A stretch of DNA of 64,000 bases from Acidobacteriota bacterium (GCA_046331425.1 JAXLQU010000002.1:6398-70397), one strand, 5' to 3'; shown: positions 37,787-48,347, counted from the stretch's first letter. Notes: generated from the sequence alone by a model not told the origin. Program-made: numbers and translations.

Positions 37787-39975
37787 CGCACTACCTGACC
37801 ATTAATGTGCGCGCCCATGAGGGGCGGTACCACGGAGCAGGCGACGAGCTGCCGTCGCCATTTCGCTTGTTTCAGTCGCTCATAGCGGGCGCCGGGATCA
37901 GCGGACCGCTCGACGATCATACGAAGAGGGCGCTCGTCTGGCTCGAAGGGCTCCCGGATGCCCCGCTCGTCGCGTCACCGCGTCTCGCGCGAGGTCAGAC
38001 GGTCACGATGTTCATGCCGAACAACGACCTTGACAAGTTCGGCGGCGACGTTCGGAACATCGCGAAGACGCGTGGTGCGCAGAAGGTCTGGAGGCCGCGG
38101 TATTTCGACGCGTCGGTGCCATGGATCTACGCGTGGCCCTTCGCCAACGTTGACGAGGGAGACACGCACGCCAAGAAGATCTGCGCGCTCGCCGACAAGC
38201 TCTACCAACTTGGGCGGGGTGTCGACATGGCCTGGGCCTGGGGTGACCTTCTCAACGAAGCCGCGCTCGAAGCGCGGCTCGCAGAGTACAACGGCGTCGT
38301 TCGGCGACCGAGCGTGGGCGATGGCCTTAAGCTCGCATGTCCGAGCGAGGGTTCGTTCGAGAGTCTCGAACGCCGATATCACTCTCCGAGATTCCGGACC
38401 GAGAGCGGCCAGCGCGTCTTCGTCCAAAAGCCGAAGCCGAGTTATCGACAGATCACTTACGAGAGCCCGCCTGTTCGCCACGTCTTCGAGCTTCGAACTT
38501 CAACTGACTCGGAGCGTCGTGTTGCGTGGCCCCTTGTGGGCGCCTCGGCGCTCGTCGTAGCGGCACGTGAAGCGGCGCGCGCACGACTGTGCAGCGCCAT
38601 GCCGAATCGGATCCATGATGTGGAGCTACACCTCGTGGGTCGTAAGCCCGATGGTACGAACGCGGTGCCTGCTGAGAGTCGCGTGCGGATCATCCCAATC
38701 CCATCCATCGGGATGCACTATGCCGACCGCGCGATTCGGCGTCTCCTCGTCGAGATCCCTGCGGCGTGCCCGCTTCGCAGCGAGGATGTTCGCTGGGCGT
38801 TCTCGGGTGCGGAGCTCTTCGATCCAGACACCGGCGAGGTGAAGGACGTGCTGCTGTCGCCATCAGACGAGGACGACATGCTCCGGCACTACGGCGTTGG
38901 CGCCGGGGCGCGAGTGTTCCGGTCTGTCACGCCAGTGGTACTCCCCGAGGAGGGCAAGCGTCGGCGCATCGAGCCTACTCGAAGGCTCTCGGAGGCCAAG
39001 CTTGGCCTCGAGCGCGTCGTAGAGATTTCGGGAGCGAGAGCGGCAGTCGTTCAAGCGCTCCGTCACGCGGGCGTGAGCGCTCCAGCGGAGAGCGTTCGCC
39101 TGCAGCGCGAGCCTTTCGAGGCGGCCGGCTCTCGCGTCGAGCCGTTTGCCGAGGGAACACGGTTTGAGAAGGAGCGCCTCTGGCACGTCGAGATTACGTT
39201 CGGCGTCCCGGTCGAGGGCCCGCTGTTGCTCGGTGATGGGCGCTTTCTCGGGCTAGGGCTCATGGCACCAGTGAGAGATGTTGTGCCGGGGGTACATGCA
39301 CTCGTAATCACTGAGGGCCTCGCCGGTCACGCCGAGACGCTCGATGTTGTACGAGCGCTGCGCCGTGCGGTCATGGCGAGAGTGCAGTCAACTCTCGGCA
39401 CGCGCGAGCGGCTCGCACCGTTCTTCAGCGGTCACGCAGAGGACGGCGCCCCTGTTCGGCGGTCTCGAACTTCGCATCTCTCGTTCGCCTTCGAGCCGGA
39501 CTCGCGAAGGCTACTCATCCTCGCTCCTCATGTGGTCGAGCGACGCGCGCCGATGTCTGATGAGCTCGACCACCTCCGCACTCTTGATGCTGCGCTCGTA
39601 GGGTTCTGCGAGCTGCACGCGGGGTACGCTGGAGTCTTCTCCGTTTCCCCTGCTGCGATCGAAAAACTCCAGGACTCGCTCTTCGGGCATTCGCGCGTGT
39701 GGAGGACCATCACGCCATACGTCGTCACGCGCCATGCGAAGGGCGGCGCAGCGACGGAGGCACTTGCAGCCGATGTCCGCGCGGAGTGCCGTCGCCTCGG
39801 ACTGCCCGAGCCCAGAGTGGAATCAAGAAACGTTCGGGGCGCATCTGGGATTGGACTCACGGGCTACGCGACGCTGTTTTTCGAGCGGCGCGTCGCGGGA
39901 CCCCTAGTGCTCGGACGAACTCGGTATCTCGGAGGCGGGTTCTTCCGCCCCGACGAGGAACCCAACCAACCATGA
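37783..39975 (+). CDS. Putative Cascade large subunit (730 aa): two RAMP-like G-rich loops, so a Cas5-Cas6 (Csb1-like) fusion and/or Cas8u (Csx17-like)
   Basis: ATGA overlap. N-terminus MTHYLTINVRAHEGRYHGAGDELPSPFRLFQSL (RAMP-like first strand). G-rich loops GDGRFLGLGLMAPV (about aa 480) and TRYLGGGFF at the extreme C-terminus, as in Cas5/Cas6. Confidence 0.5.
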   Translation: MTHYLTINVRAHEGRYHGAGDELPSPFRLFQSLIAGAGISGPLDDHTKRALVWLEGLPDAPLVASPRLARGQTVTMFMPNNDLDKFGGDVRNIAKTRGAQKVWRPRYFDASVPWIYAWPFANVDEGDTHAKKICALADKLYQLGRGVDMAWAWGDLLNEAALEARLAEYNGVVRRPSVGDGLKLACPSEGSFESLERRYHSPRFRTESGQRVFVQKPKPSYRQITYESPPVRHVFELRTSTDSERRVAWPLVGASALVVAAREAARARLCSAMPNRIHDVELHLVGRKPDGTNAVPAESRVRIIPIPSIGMHYADRAIRRLLVEIPAACPLRSEDVRWAFSGAELFDPDTGEVKDVLLSPSDEDDMLRHYGVGAGARVFRSVTPVVLPEEGKRRRIEPTRRLSEAKLGLERVVEISGARAAVVQALRHAGVSAPAESVRLQREPFEAAGSRVEPFAEGTRFEKERLWHVEITFGVPVEGPLLLGDGRFLGLGLMAPVRDVVPGVHALVITEGLAGHAETLDVVRALRRAVMARVQSTLGTRERLAPFFSGHAEDGAPVRRSRTSHLSFAFEPDSRRLLILAPHVVERRAPMSDELDHLRTLDAALVGFCELHAGYAGVFSVSPAAIEKLQDSLFGHSRVWRTITPYVVTRHAKGGAATEALAADVRAECRRLGLPEPRVESRNVRGASGIGLTGYATLFFERRVAGPLVLGRTRYLGGGFFRPDEEPNQP

Positions 39976-40377
39976 CCGCGCCCTTGAGGCGGACGAGATC
40001 TTCGCAAGGGCGAGCGCTACAGGATCGTTGCCGGACGGCGCGCAGTATCACCTTGCGACTTGCGCAGCATAGCTACCGAGCATGCTGCTGCGGGCAGTGC
40101 CGCTTCGTTCCCGAAGTTCGCTCAGCGCGCGCTCGCTCCCATTGAGTGACCTTCCGCAGCGATTGCCTGCATTCCTCAGTTGCCGCCTTGGAATGACGGG
40201 CCCCGTCTCCAAGTGAGCCACCCCAGAAACCCGAAGCCAACAATTAGTTGACATTCCCAGCCCACCTGCGTACACCCCTCCCGGCGCCCTGGGCTCGTCG
40301 CTCCTCCTCTCTCCTCGTGACCGCAGGTAGATCGCGTCCCAGTCGCCAGCGTTCGGAATCACTCGGAGGCCAGGAAC

Positions 40378-42147
40378 ATGAAGCTTGTCCCGTCGCGCGT
40401 CTTGCTCTCTCTCCTGTCCTCTTTACTACTGCTCACGAGCGGACTGGCCCTCGCCGGCAACGTCACCAACTCGGGTGACGATGGCCGTACCGGGTGGTAC
40501 CCCGATGCCGGCTATATCACGCCGGCAATCGTCAGCTCGCCATCGTTCGGACAACGCTGGAACACCACGCTCAACGGCCAGATCTACGGGCAGCCGCTCG
40601 TCGCGATCGGGCGGGTCTTCTATGTCACGCAAACCAACTGGGTCTACAGCCTCGACGCCGATACCGGAGCGATCCTCTGGTCCAAGAACCTCGGAACACC
40701 GTGGAACTCCGCCGATGTTGGGTGCAACAACATCGCCCCAACCGTCGGCATCACCGTGACACCGGTCATCGATGACGACACCAACGTCATGTACCTGGTC
40801 AACAAGACATACGACGCCGGAATCGGCGCCAGCTACATGCACGCTTTGGACTTGATTTCCGGTGCAGAGAAGCCGGGCTTTCCGGTCAAGATTCAAGGCA
40901 ACGCGCAGAACAGCCCCAGCCAGCCGTACGACAGCGTGCATCAACACGCGCGCGTTGGGTTGCTGTTGATGAACGGCGTGGTCTATGCCGGATTCGGAGC
41001 GCACTGCGATATCGGTCCGTGGCAAGGCTGGGTCTTCGGTATCGATACGAGCGGCCAGATCAAAGCGCGATGGACCAGTCGCGGTGCGGTCAATCAAAAC
41101 GGCGCGGCGATCTGGATGTCGGGGAACGGTTTGGTGTCGGATGGTCCAGGGCGAATCATCTTTGCCACCGGCAACGGCGGCGGACAGACCGTGGCGACGC
41201 CTGGGAATACACCGCCTACGAACTGCGGTGAGTGTGTCGAGCGACTCGATGTTCAGCCCGATGGAACACTCATCGCGAAAGACTTCTTCTCCCCCTGGAA
41301 CGCCGCTGGCACCTTTGCGCAAAACGGCCTCGATCTGTTCGACCTCGATCTCAGTTCGAGCGGTGGCGCCGTGATGCCGCAACCGTACTTCGGGACCACG
41401 ACGTATCCGCACCTCATGGTTCAGGCCGGCAAGGAGGGTTATCTGTACCTTCTCAACCGCGATGATCTCGGCGGCTTGAAGCAAGCGAGCGCGACTTCCG
41501 ACAAAGTAATCCAGCGACTCGGCAAGTTTGCAGGTGTTTGGTCGCGACCGGGTGTGTGGCCTGGCGACGGTGGCTACGTCTATCTCTCGGGCAATGGAGC
41601 GCAGCTTCGCGGCTTCAAGTACAGCGTCGACGGCAGCAACAAGCCGGTGTTGACGCAGACCGGAGTGTCGCTCGCGACGTTCGGTTACGGTAGCGGCGCA
41701 CCGGTGATTACGAGCGATGGGACGCGTGCCGGTTCAGCGATCGTCTGGCACAGCTACTCGCAGGATGATTCTGGAATCAATGCGGCGCTACGCGCGTACG
41801 ACCCGGTTCCTTCGGGAACCAACCTGATTCTGCGCGCCAGCTTCAACATCGGAACGATCGCCAAGTATCACAATCCAACGGCGGCTCGCGGGTTGGTGTT
41901 CATCGGGACACGCGATGCGCATGCAATTGCCTTCGGCGGCCCGCCGGCTCAGCTCACGGTGCAGAAAGGGGTCAGCGGCATGATCCGCTTGTCGTGGAGC
42001 AGCAATCTTTCGCCTTACACACTGCGCCGCGCCAACGATGCTCGTTTCCGCACCAGCCCGTCGACGCTGGTCGATCATCAAGCACAAACCAGCTTCGATG
42101 ATCCGGTCGCGGATGATGGGAACAGCTACTTCTACTTGGTGAATTGA
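40378..42147 (+). CDS. Secreted PQQ-like beta-propeller repeat protein with C-terminal FN3-like module
   Basis: Signal peptide MKLVPSRVLLSLLSSLLLLTSGLALA. PQQ-repeat signature (GQIYGQPLVAIGRVFYVTQTNWVYSLDADTGAILWS). C-terminus ...IRLSWSS...NSYFYLVN. Confidence 0.7.
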   Translation: MKLVPSRVLLSLLSSLLLLTSGLALAGNVTNSGDDGRTGWYPDAGYITPAIVSSPSFGQRWNTTLNGQIYGQPLVAIGRVFYVTQTNWVYSLDADTGAILWSKNLGTPWNSADVGCNNIAPTVGITVTPVIDDDTNVMYLVNKTYDAGIGASYMHALDLISGAEKPGFPVKIQGNAQNSPSQPYDSVHQHARVGLLLMNGVVYAGFGAHCDIGPWQGWVFGIDTSGQIKARWTSRGAVNQNGAAIWMSGNGLVSDGPGRIIFATGNGGGQTVATPGNTPPTNCGECVERLDVQPDGTLIAKDFFSPWNAAGTFAQNGLDLFDLDLSSSGGAVMPQPYFGTTTYPHLMVQAGKEGYLYLLNRDDLGGLKQASATSDKVIQRLGKFAGVWSRPGVWPGDGGYVYLSGNGAQLRGFKYSVDGSNKPVLTQTGVSLATFGYGSGAPVITSDGTRAGSAIVWHSYSQDDSGINAALRAYDPVPSGTNLILRASFNIGTIAKYHNPTAARGLVFIGTRDAHAIAFGGPPAQLTVQKGVSGMIRLSWSSNLSPYTLRRANDARFRTSPSTLVDHQAQTSFDDPVADDGNSYFYLVN

Positions 42148-42164
42148 GGAGCGTTCTTCACTAG

Positions 42165-44699
42165 TTAGAGTCCCTTCAAGGCCTCACGCCCCGCCTTGAC
42201 CCGCGCATCGTCCTCGCCTGCGGTCGCGGCGAGCGCGGCGACGCCGTCTTGCAACAGCGACTTGGCCTCGGCGGTGCGCAAACCGCGCGCGACTAGATGA
42301 CTCCCGAGCGCGATCATTGTGCTGGCGGTGTTGGCGTCCTTGTCGCCGAACGCCTTGCGCCGGATGCGCAACGCTTCCCGAATCTGCGCTTCGGCACCGA
42401 CTCCGTCGCGGCGCGCGTCGAGCACGCCAGCCAGCGCCATGGTGACGTACGCGAGATCGGGGTGATCGGGCCCCATCCCGCCGCGCATCAAACCGATTCC
42501 CTCACGAAGGGCTGCTTCCGCCTCCGCGAGTCGATTTGCACGCGCCATCACCGTCCCCATGTTGCAGTACGTACGACCGACCGTGGGATCGTTCGGTCCC
42601 AGCGACTCTCTGCGGATCGCTGCGACGTTGCGCAGCAGATCGATCGTTTTGTCGGTCTGACCCTGTCGGAAGTAAACCGCTCCCAGGTTCTCGAGTGCTA
42701 CCGCGACTTGCGGGTGTTTGTCACCCAACATCCTCTTGTCCTGCTCGACGACTGCTTTCAGCATCGCCTCGGCGCCGGCGAAGTCCCCCTTTTGCATACG
42801 CACCAGACCCAAGCTGTTCTGCGCGTACGCGAGCATCGGGTTGTCGGGCCCCAGAGTTTTCTCGAAGAGCTTCGTCGACTCCAAGCACGCCGCCTCTGCT
42901 TCGTCGAACTTCCCGCGTGTGGAGAGAATGTCGCAGAGCACCTTCAGGCTCTCGGCCATGTAGTACGTCGGCGGGCCGGTTTGCGAGCGGCCAACGTTGA
43001 TCGCTTCGCGTATCGGCGCCTCGGCCTCGTCGATCTTCCCCGAGAAATAGAGGGCCAAGGCGAGGTCATCGAGTCGTTCCGACAGCCGTGGATCGGTCGG
43101 ATCCGCGCCACGCTGTGCCTCGATTCCGGAGCGCGCCGCTGCGATTGCGTCCTCGTATCGGCCGGTCAGATGGAGCAACCGGCTGAGCCGGCCCCAACTC
43201 GTCGCGGTGTCGGCGTCGTTCGGTCCAAGATGCTTGACGCGCAGCTCGATCGCACGGCGAATCAGCGGCTCGGCCTTCTCGTATTCGCCGAGATTCATGT
43301 ACGTTGCCGAGATCGAATCGAGCGTTGCCGCCGCGACCACGGGCTGCGAGGTGAACTGCGCCTCGATCCGTGGGATCGATTTTTCGAGCGCCTCGAGCAC
43401 CGTGATCTTCCGCTCTCCTCCGGCATACGGGTTGGGAGTTTCGAGCGTTGCTTGCAGGAACTGATTGATCGCGGTCGCTTTTTCGGTTTCGGACTTGGCG
43501 CGGTCGCGCTCTTCGGCGATGCGCCTGGCTTGATACGTCATCGTCACGGCGGTCCCGAGCAGCAGAACGAGCAGCGATGCCGCGAACGCGGTAGGGAGCG
43601 GATTGCGCCGCACGAGCTTGCGGAGTTGATCGACGGTGCTGGGCGGCCGCGCCAGGATCGGTTGATCGGCGAGGTAGCGGTGCAGGTCATCGGCCAGCGC
43701 GGCGGCACTGCTATATCGATCGTCGGGATTCTTCTCGATCGCTTTGCTGACGATGGTTTCGAGGTCGGGGTCGAGTCGTCGCGCGCCCTTCCACACGTTG
43801 CGCAACGGAACGGGGCGCGCTTGGTCGATGGTGCGCAGCGCCTCGAGGATCGACATCGACGACAGCGCATGCGGGAGCATCGACGAAAGCATCTCGTAGA
43901 GGATCACGCCGAGCGCATAGACATCGGTGCGCAGGTCGATCTGTTCGGGAATCCCGCGCGCTTGCTCGGGGCTCATGTAGTTGAGCGTTCCGCGGATCGC
44001 TCCGACCTCGGTCACTTGGGTGACGTTGACGTCGCCGTCGGTGATTCGTGCCAGACCGAAGTCGAGAATCTTGACGTGCGATTCGACGCTCCCTGACTCC
44101 GAGTGACTGCCGGCGTGCGTTGCATCGCCGACGATCAGATTCGATGGCTTGAGATCGCGGTGGATTACGCCCCGTTGATGTGCGTAGTGGACCGCCTCGG
44201 CGATGCCGGCCAGCAGGGAGAGTCGTCGCCGAACTTCATCGGGGTCGAGTGTCTGCCGCTCACGCAGGTGCTCGGAGAGTGTGGCGCCGCGAACGAGTTC
44301 CATCGCGAAGTAGTGGCGACCCTCCGCCGTGCGCCCCGAGTCGTAGATCCGCGCGATCATCGGATGCTCGAGCCGCGCCAACACCTCGACCTCGCGGCGG
44401 AACATCGCGAGCTGAAGCTCGCTGATCGACGCCTCGCCACGAATCACCTTGAGCGCGACGATGCGTTTGAGCGACTGCTGCTCCGCTTCGTAGACGACTC
44501 CCATGCCGCCGCGACCGAGCAGGCCGAGGATTCGGTAATCGCCGATTCGATCGGGCAGCTCGGGCGCGACCTGTTCGCGCTCCTCGCCGAGTTGCGTGGC
44601 GTCATCGTCTTTGGAGTGAGCCGCAGGGACCAGCTTCGTTTCCGGTAACTCTGGGTCTGGTCCGTCCTTCTCGATCATCCGACCTCGTCTCCCTGGCAA
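42165..44699 (-). CDS. Serine/threonine protein kinase with TM segment and C-terminal TPR repeats
   Basis: YRILGLLGRGGMGVVYEA, VALKVI, HRDLKPSNLIVG, DFGLAR, SPEQ. TM LLVLLLGTAVTMTY. Many TPR units. Confidence 0.85.
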   Translation of the reverse strand: MPGRRGRMIEKDGPDPELPETKLVPAAHSKDDDATQLGEEREQVAPELPDRIGDYRILGLLGRGGMGVVYEAEQQSLKRIVALKVIRGEASISELQLAMFRREVEVLARLEHPMIARIYDSGRTAEGRHYFAMELVRGATLSEHLRERQTLDPDEVRRRLSLLAGIAEAVHYAHQRGVIHRDLKPSNLIVGDATHAGSHSESGSVESHVKILDFGLARITDGDVNVTQVTEVGAIRGTLNYMSPEQARGIPEQIDLRTDVYALGVILYEMLSSMLPHALSSMSILEALRTIDQARPVPLRNVWKGARRLDPDLETIVSKAIEKNPDDRYSSAAALADDLHRYLADQPILARPPSTVDQLRKLVRRNPLPTAFAASLLVLLLGTAVTMTYQARRIAEERDRAKSETEKATAINQFLQATLETPNPYAGGERKITVLEALEKSIPRIEAQFTSQPVVAAATLDSISATYMNLGEYEKAEPLIRRAIELRVKHLGPNDADTATSWGRLSRLLHLTGRYEDAIAAARSGIEAQRGADPTDPRLSERLDDLALALYFSGKIDEAEAPIREAINVGRSQTGPPTYYMAESLKVLCDILSTRGKFDEAEAACLESTKLFEKTLGPDNPMLAYAQNSLGLVRMQKGDFAGAEAMLKAVVEQDKRMLGDKHPQVAVALENLGAVYFRQGQTDKTIDLLRNVAAIRRESLGPNDPTVGRTYCNMGTVMARANRLAEAEAALREGIGLMRGGMGPDHPDLAYVTMALAGVLDARRDGVGAEAQIREALRIRRKAFGDKDANTASTMIALGSHLVARGLRTAEAKSLLQDGVAALAATAGEDDARVKAGREALKGL

Positions 44700-44798
44700 T
44701 GACGAGCGCGATCATACACGCCACAGGTACTGCCCACGCTCACACGCTCGAATCGATACAGCCCAGCGAAACACAGAGCCTGGTAAGATCCCGGCGCC

Positions 44799-47657
44799 TT
44801 GGAACACACACTCGTCGCAGGGGATGTCATATCCCACTACCGGATCGTGGGGGCGCTGGGATCCGGCGGCATGGGCGAGGTGTACCTGGCCCAAGATCTC
44901 ACCCTCGAAAGGAGCGTCGCCCTCAAAGTCCTCCCGCCGAGCCTCGTCCGGAATGAAGAGCGACTCCGTCGCTTCGTGGTCGAGGCGAAGTCAGCATCGT
45001 CGCTGAACCATCCGAGCATCGTGACGATCCACGAGATCGGCTCGGGCTCGATCGAGCGCGACGGGCAATCGCTGGAGTCGATCCACTTCATCGTGATGGA
45101 GCGGATCGACGGGCACACGCTGGCCGAGGTGATCCACGTCGACAAGGAAGATCTGCGACGCCTATTGGGATATCTGGCCCAGGCGGCGGACGGCATCGCC
45201 AAGGCGCATGCGGCCGGGATCGTTCACCGCGACCTCAAGCCGGGGAACATCATGGTTTCGCGTGACGGCTTCGCGAAGGTGCTCGACTTCGGGCTCGCCA
45301 AGCTGATCGAGTCCAGAGCGGCGGACCCGCAAGCCAGCGCTGCGCCCACCCAGATCGATCAGCACACGGGCGCAGGAACGATCGTCGGCACGGTCGGCTA
45401 CATGTCGCCGGAGCAGGTGCAAGGAAAATCTGTCGATCACCGCTCCGACATCTTCTCGTTCGGCTGCATCCTCTATGAAGCCGTGACACGTCAACGCGCG
45501 TTCGAAGCCGACTCCGCTGTCGACACGATGCACAAGATCCTCCACGACGCGCCGATCGAGTCGCACCAGTTGAATCCGAAAGCTCCTGCCGACCTGCGCC
45601 GCTTGGTACGGCGGTGCCTTGCCAAAAACCCCGACCAGCGCCTTCAATCGATGAAAGACCTGGCGATTGAACTGCGCGAGATCGCTGACAACTACGAGTC
45701 TCTTTCAAACTCGACGAGTTCGGGAAGCGGTGTCAGCAGCGTGGGTGTCGCCGCCCGGCCCACGAGGCGAAGTGCGTGGCAGATCGGCGCGACGATCGTT
45801 GCAATTGTCGTGATCGCGGGGCTGGCGATCAGCCTCTTCAGCCTGATTCGTTCTCGCGATCCCCAACCTGTCGCCGCGGCGCCGGCTGCCGGCCTCAAGC
45901 GCACGAGCATTTCGGGGCGCGAAGGGATAACCGGCGTGGCGATCTCCGGCGACGGACGGTATCTCGCCTATCCGATCGTCTCGTCAGAATCGACATCGAT
46001 CTGGGTCCGTCAGATCACGACGGGGAGCGAGGTCCAAGTCGTGCCTCCGCGCGAGGTGGGCGTGATATCCCTTCGCTTCTCGCCCAATGGCGACTACGTC
46101 TATTACATCGTGATCGAGCCGGACCGCCCGGGCCTGACAACACTCGAGCGGGTGCCGACACTCGGCGGTCCGACGCGCAAGCTGTTTTCCGATGTCGGTT
46201 ATGGATTCAGCCTGACGCAAGACGGTAAGAGCGTCTGCTTCGTCCGAGCGAAGACCAAGTCAGCAGAGACCTCGGCGATGGTGCGCGACATCGAGTTGGG
46301 TCAAGAAAAGACACTCGCGACGGTTGCCGCGCCGTTGGACTTCGCCTGCCCTCCGGTGTTGTCTCCCGACGGCAAGACTTTCGTCACGGCGATTCACACG
46401 GCGGAGAAGGGGATCCACGGTCAGTTCGCTGCAATCGACGCAGCGAGTTTGGCCCAGACCCGATTCGGCCCCACCGGATGGGAAGTTCGCAGTTCGGTTT
46501 GGCTTCCCGATGGGAAGGGGATCGTGACCTCGTCGTTTCGGTATGGCGAGACCGAGGCGGCGCAACTGTTCTTCATGTCGTATCCCGAGGGACGCCACCA
46601 GAGGATCACGAACGACTCCAACGACTATGTCGATCTCGATCTAACCTCGGACGGCGCGACGATCTCCGCCCTCCGCGCGGTCAGGGTGGCGAACGTCTGG
46701 AGCACACCCATTGAAGGGAAGGCCAGACCCAAGCAACTCACCTTCAACGCCACCAGCGACAATGCGGTTGGCAACTTCGTTTTGGCAGGCGACGGCGCGA
46801 TCGTTTTCACCGCCCCAGCCGATCATCACAACCATGTCTTCACGATCGCGCCGGATGGGCAGAATCTGCGGCAGCTCACCTCAGGCACGAGCGATGAGTC
46901 GATCCAGAGACTGCTCCCCACGGGCGATCTCGTCGTGACACGCATGGGGGAAGATCGCACCGCGCACATCGCACTGGCGGATCGTGACGGGGGCAATCCT
47001 CGACCACTCGTGCGCGGCAACGGGGAGTGGTTCATGGATCTCAGCCCCGATGGCAAGACGTTGATATACCTGCGCGTCGATACGCCGCGCGCGCTTTGGG
47101 CGGTGCCGGTCGCCGGAGGCGAATCGCGCAAGATTGCATCCGACTTCAACTTTGGCGCTGTCGTGTCGCCGGACAGCCGCTTGGTTGCCTATTTGGCTCC
47201 ACAGGAACTCGAGGGGAGCTCTCCAACGACGTGCGTCGTGGTGCCGATCGAAGGGGGAGCGCCGACCGCGACGTTCACGTGGCCAACGCAATCCTCGCCA
47301 CCGAAGTGGACGCCCGACGGGAAGGGGCTTTCGTTCCTCGTCGCGAAGGACAAGTCGAGCAACGTCTTCCTTCAGCCTCTGGCCGGCGGACCGCCTCATC
47401 CTGTGACGCGACTGACCGAGGGCTGGATTGGCGCCTACCTCTGGTCGCCCGACGGAAAGCGTCTCGTGTTGCAACGCACGCTCGCGAACGTCACCAACCT
47501 GTGGAGTGTCGGCACCGACGGGCGCGCGCCCGAGCCGATCACCGATTTCCCGACCGGTGCGTTCTTCGGGATCGATATCTCCAAGGACGGGAAAACGCTC
47601 TACTTCAATTACGGCAGCGAGAGTAAGGACATCGTGCTTCTGAACAACTTCCGCTAG
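44799..47657 (+). CDS. Serine/threonine protein kinase fused to TolB-like beta-propeller domain
   Basis: YRIVGALGSGGMGEVYLA, HRDLKPGNIMV, DFGLAK. TM IGATIVAIVVIAGLAISLF. C-terminal repeated SPDG(K)xL propeller blades. Confidence 0.85.
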   Translation: MEHTLVAGDVISHYRIVGALGSGGMGEVYLAQDLTLERSVALKVLPPSLVRNEERLRRFVVEAKSASSLNHPSIVTIHEIGSGSIERDGQSLESIHFIVMERIDGHTLAEVIHVDKEDLRRLLGYLAQAADGIAKAHAAGIVHRDLKPGNIMVSRDGFAKVLDFGLAKLIESRAADPQASAAPTQIDQHTGAGTIVGTVGYMSPEQVQGKSVDHRSDIFSFGCILYEAVTRQRAFEADSAVDTMHKILHDAPIESHQLNPKAPADLRRLVRRCLAKNPDQRLQSMKDLAIELREIADNYESLSNSTSSGSGVSSVGVAARPTRRSAWQIGATIVAIVVIAGLAISLFSLIRSRDPQPVAAAPAAGLKRTSISGREGITGVAISGDGRYLAYPIVSSESTSIWVRQITTGSEVQVVPPREVGVISLRFSPNGDYVYYIVIEPDRPGLTTLERVPTLGGPTRKLFSDVGYGFSLTQDGKSVCFVRAKTKSAETSAMVRDIELGQEKTLATVAAPLDFACPPVLSPDGKTFVTAIHTAEKGIHGQFAAIDAASLAQTRFGPTGWEVRSSVWLPDGKGIVTSSFRYGETEAAQLFFMSYPEGRHQRITNDSNDYVDLDLTSDGATISALRAVRVANVWSTPIEGKARPKQLTFNATSDNAVGNFVLAGDGAIVFTAPADHHNHVFTIAPDGQNLRQLTSGTSDESIQRLLPTGDLVVTRMGEDRTAHIALADRDGGNPRPLVRGNGEWFMDLSPDGKTLIYLRVDTPRALWAVPVAGGESRKIASDFNFGAVVSPDSRLVAYLAPQELEGSSPTTCVVVPIEGGAPTATFTWPTQSSPPKWTPDGKGLSFLVAKDKSSNVFLQPLAGGPPHPVTRLTEGWIGAYLWSPDGKRLVLQRTLANVTNLWSVGTDGRAPEPITDFPTGAFFGIDISKDGKTLYFNYGSESKDIVLLNNFR

Positions 47658-47849
47658 CCGTGTTCTCGGATCGTGGCCAGATCTGATTCAAGTGGGGTGG
47701 AGCAACGCCGAACAGGCGTCGATCGCACCAGCGTGGTGCTTCCCTTGCACTCCCGGTGTGGCAATACTCTGCCAGCTCTTAGAGCGAGGTTTCTCGCGTC
47801 GACAAGAACAGCAACCGCGCGCCGCACGTGAGCCGGAGAGGAAGACGCC

Positions 47850-48347
47850 GTGAGTGCAAGTCAGTTGAAACGTGTGCGGCGCTTTTGTTTGTCTTTGCCC
47901 GAGACGAGCGAACGCCTGTCGCACGGCGAACCGACATTCTTCGTGAACAAGAAGGTGTTCACGATGTTTGCCAACAATCATCATGGCGATGGCCGCGTCG
48001 CCGTCTGGCTGCCGGCGCCCGAGGGGGCGCAGCAGGCGCTGATCGCATCACAACCCGAAACGTTCTTCAGGCCACCCTACGTCGGCGTTCGCGGTTGGGT
48101 TGGTGTGGAACTCGAGAAGATTCGCGACGCGGATCTCGAACTTCACATCCAGGTGGCATGGAGACTGGTTGCGCCGACGCGGTTGACCCGCGGGGCTGCG
48201 GTTGGGGTTACGGTCGAGGCCGAGGGTGGCGTCGAGGCGGTGGTCGAGAACGCAACCAAGGTTCAAATGCAGGCCAAGGCCGAGGGTGCGGGCAAGCGCA
48301 AACGCCGCTCGGCGCCCGCTCGCACGTCGCGCGGGAAGCGTCGCTGA
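47850..48347 (+). CDS. MmcQ/YjbR-family predicted DNA-binding protein
   Basis: [51 protein letters not shown] is typical of the family (memory-based). Confidence 0.45.
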   Translation: MSASQLKRVRRFCLSLPETSERLSHGEPTFFVNKKVFTMFANNHHGDGRVAVWLPAPEGAQQALIASQPETFFRPPYVGVRGWVGVELEKIRDADLELHIQVAWRLVAPTRLTRGAAVGVTVEAEGGVEAVVENATKVQMQAKAEGAGKRKRRSAPARTSRGKRR

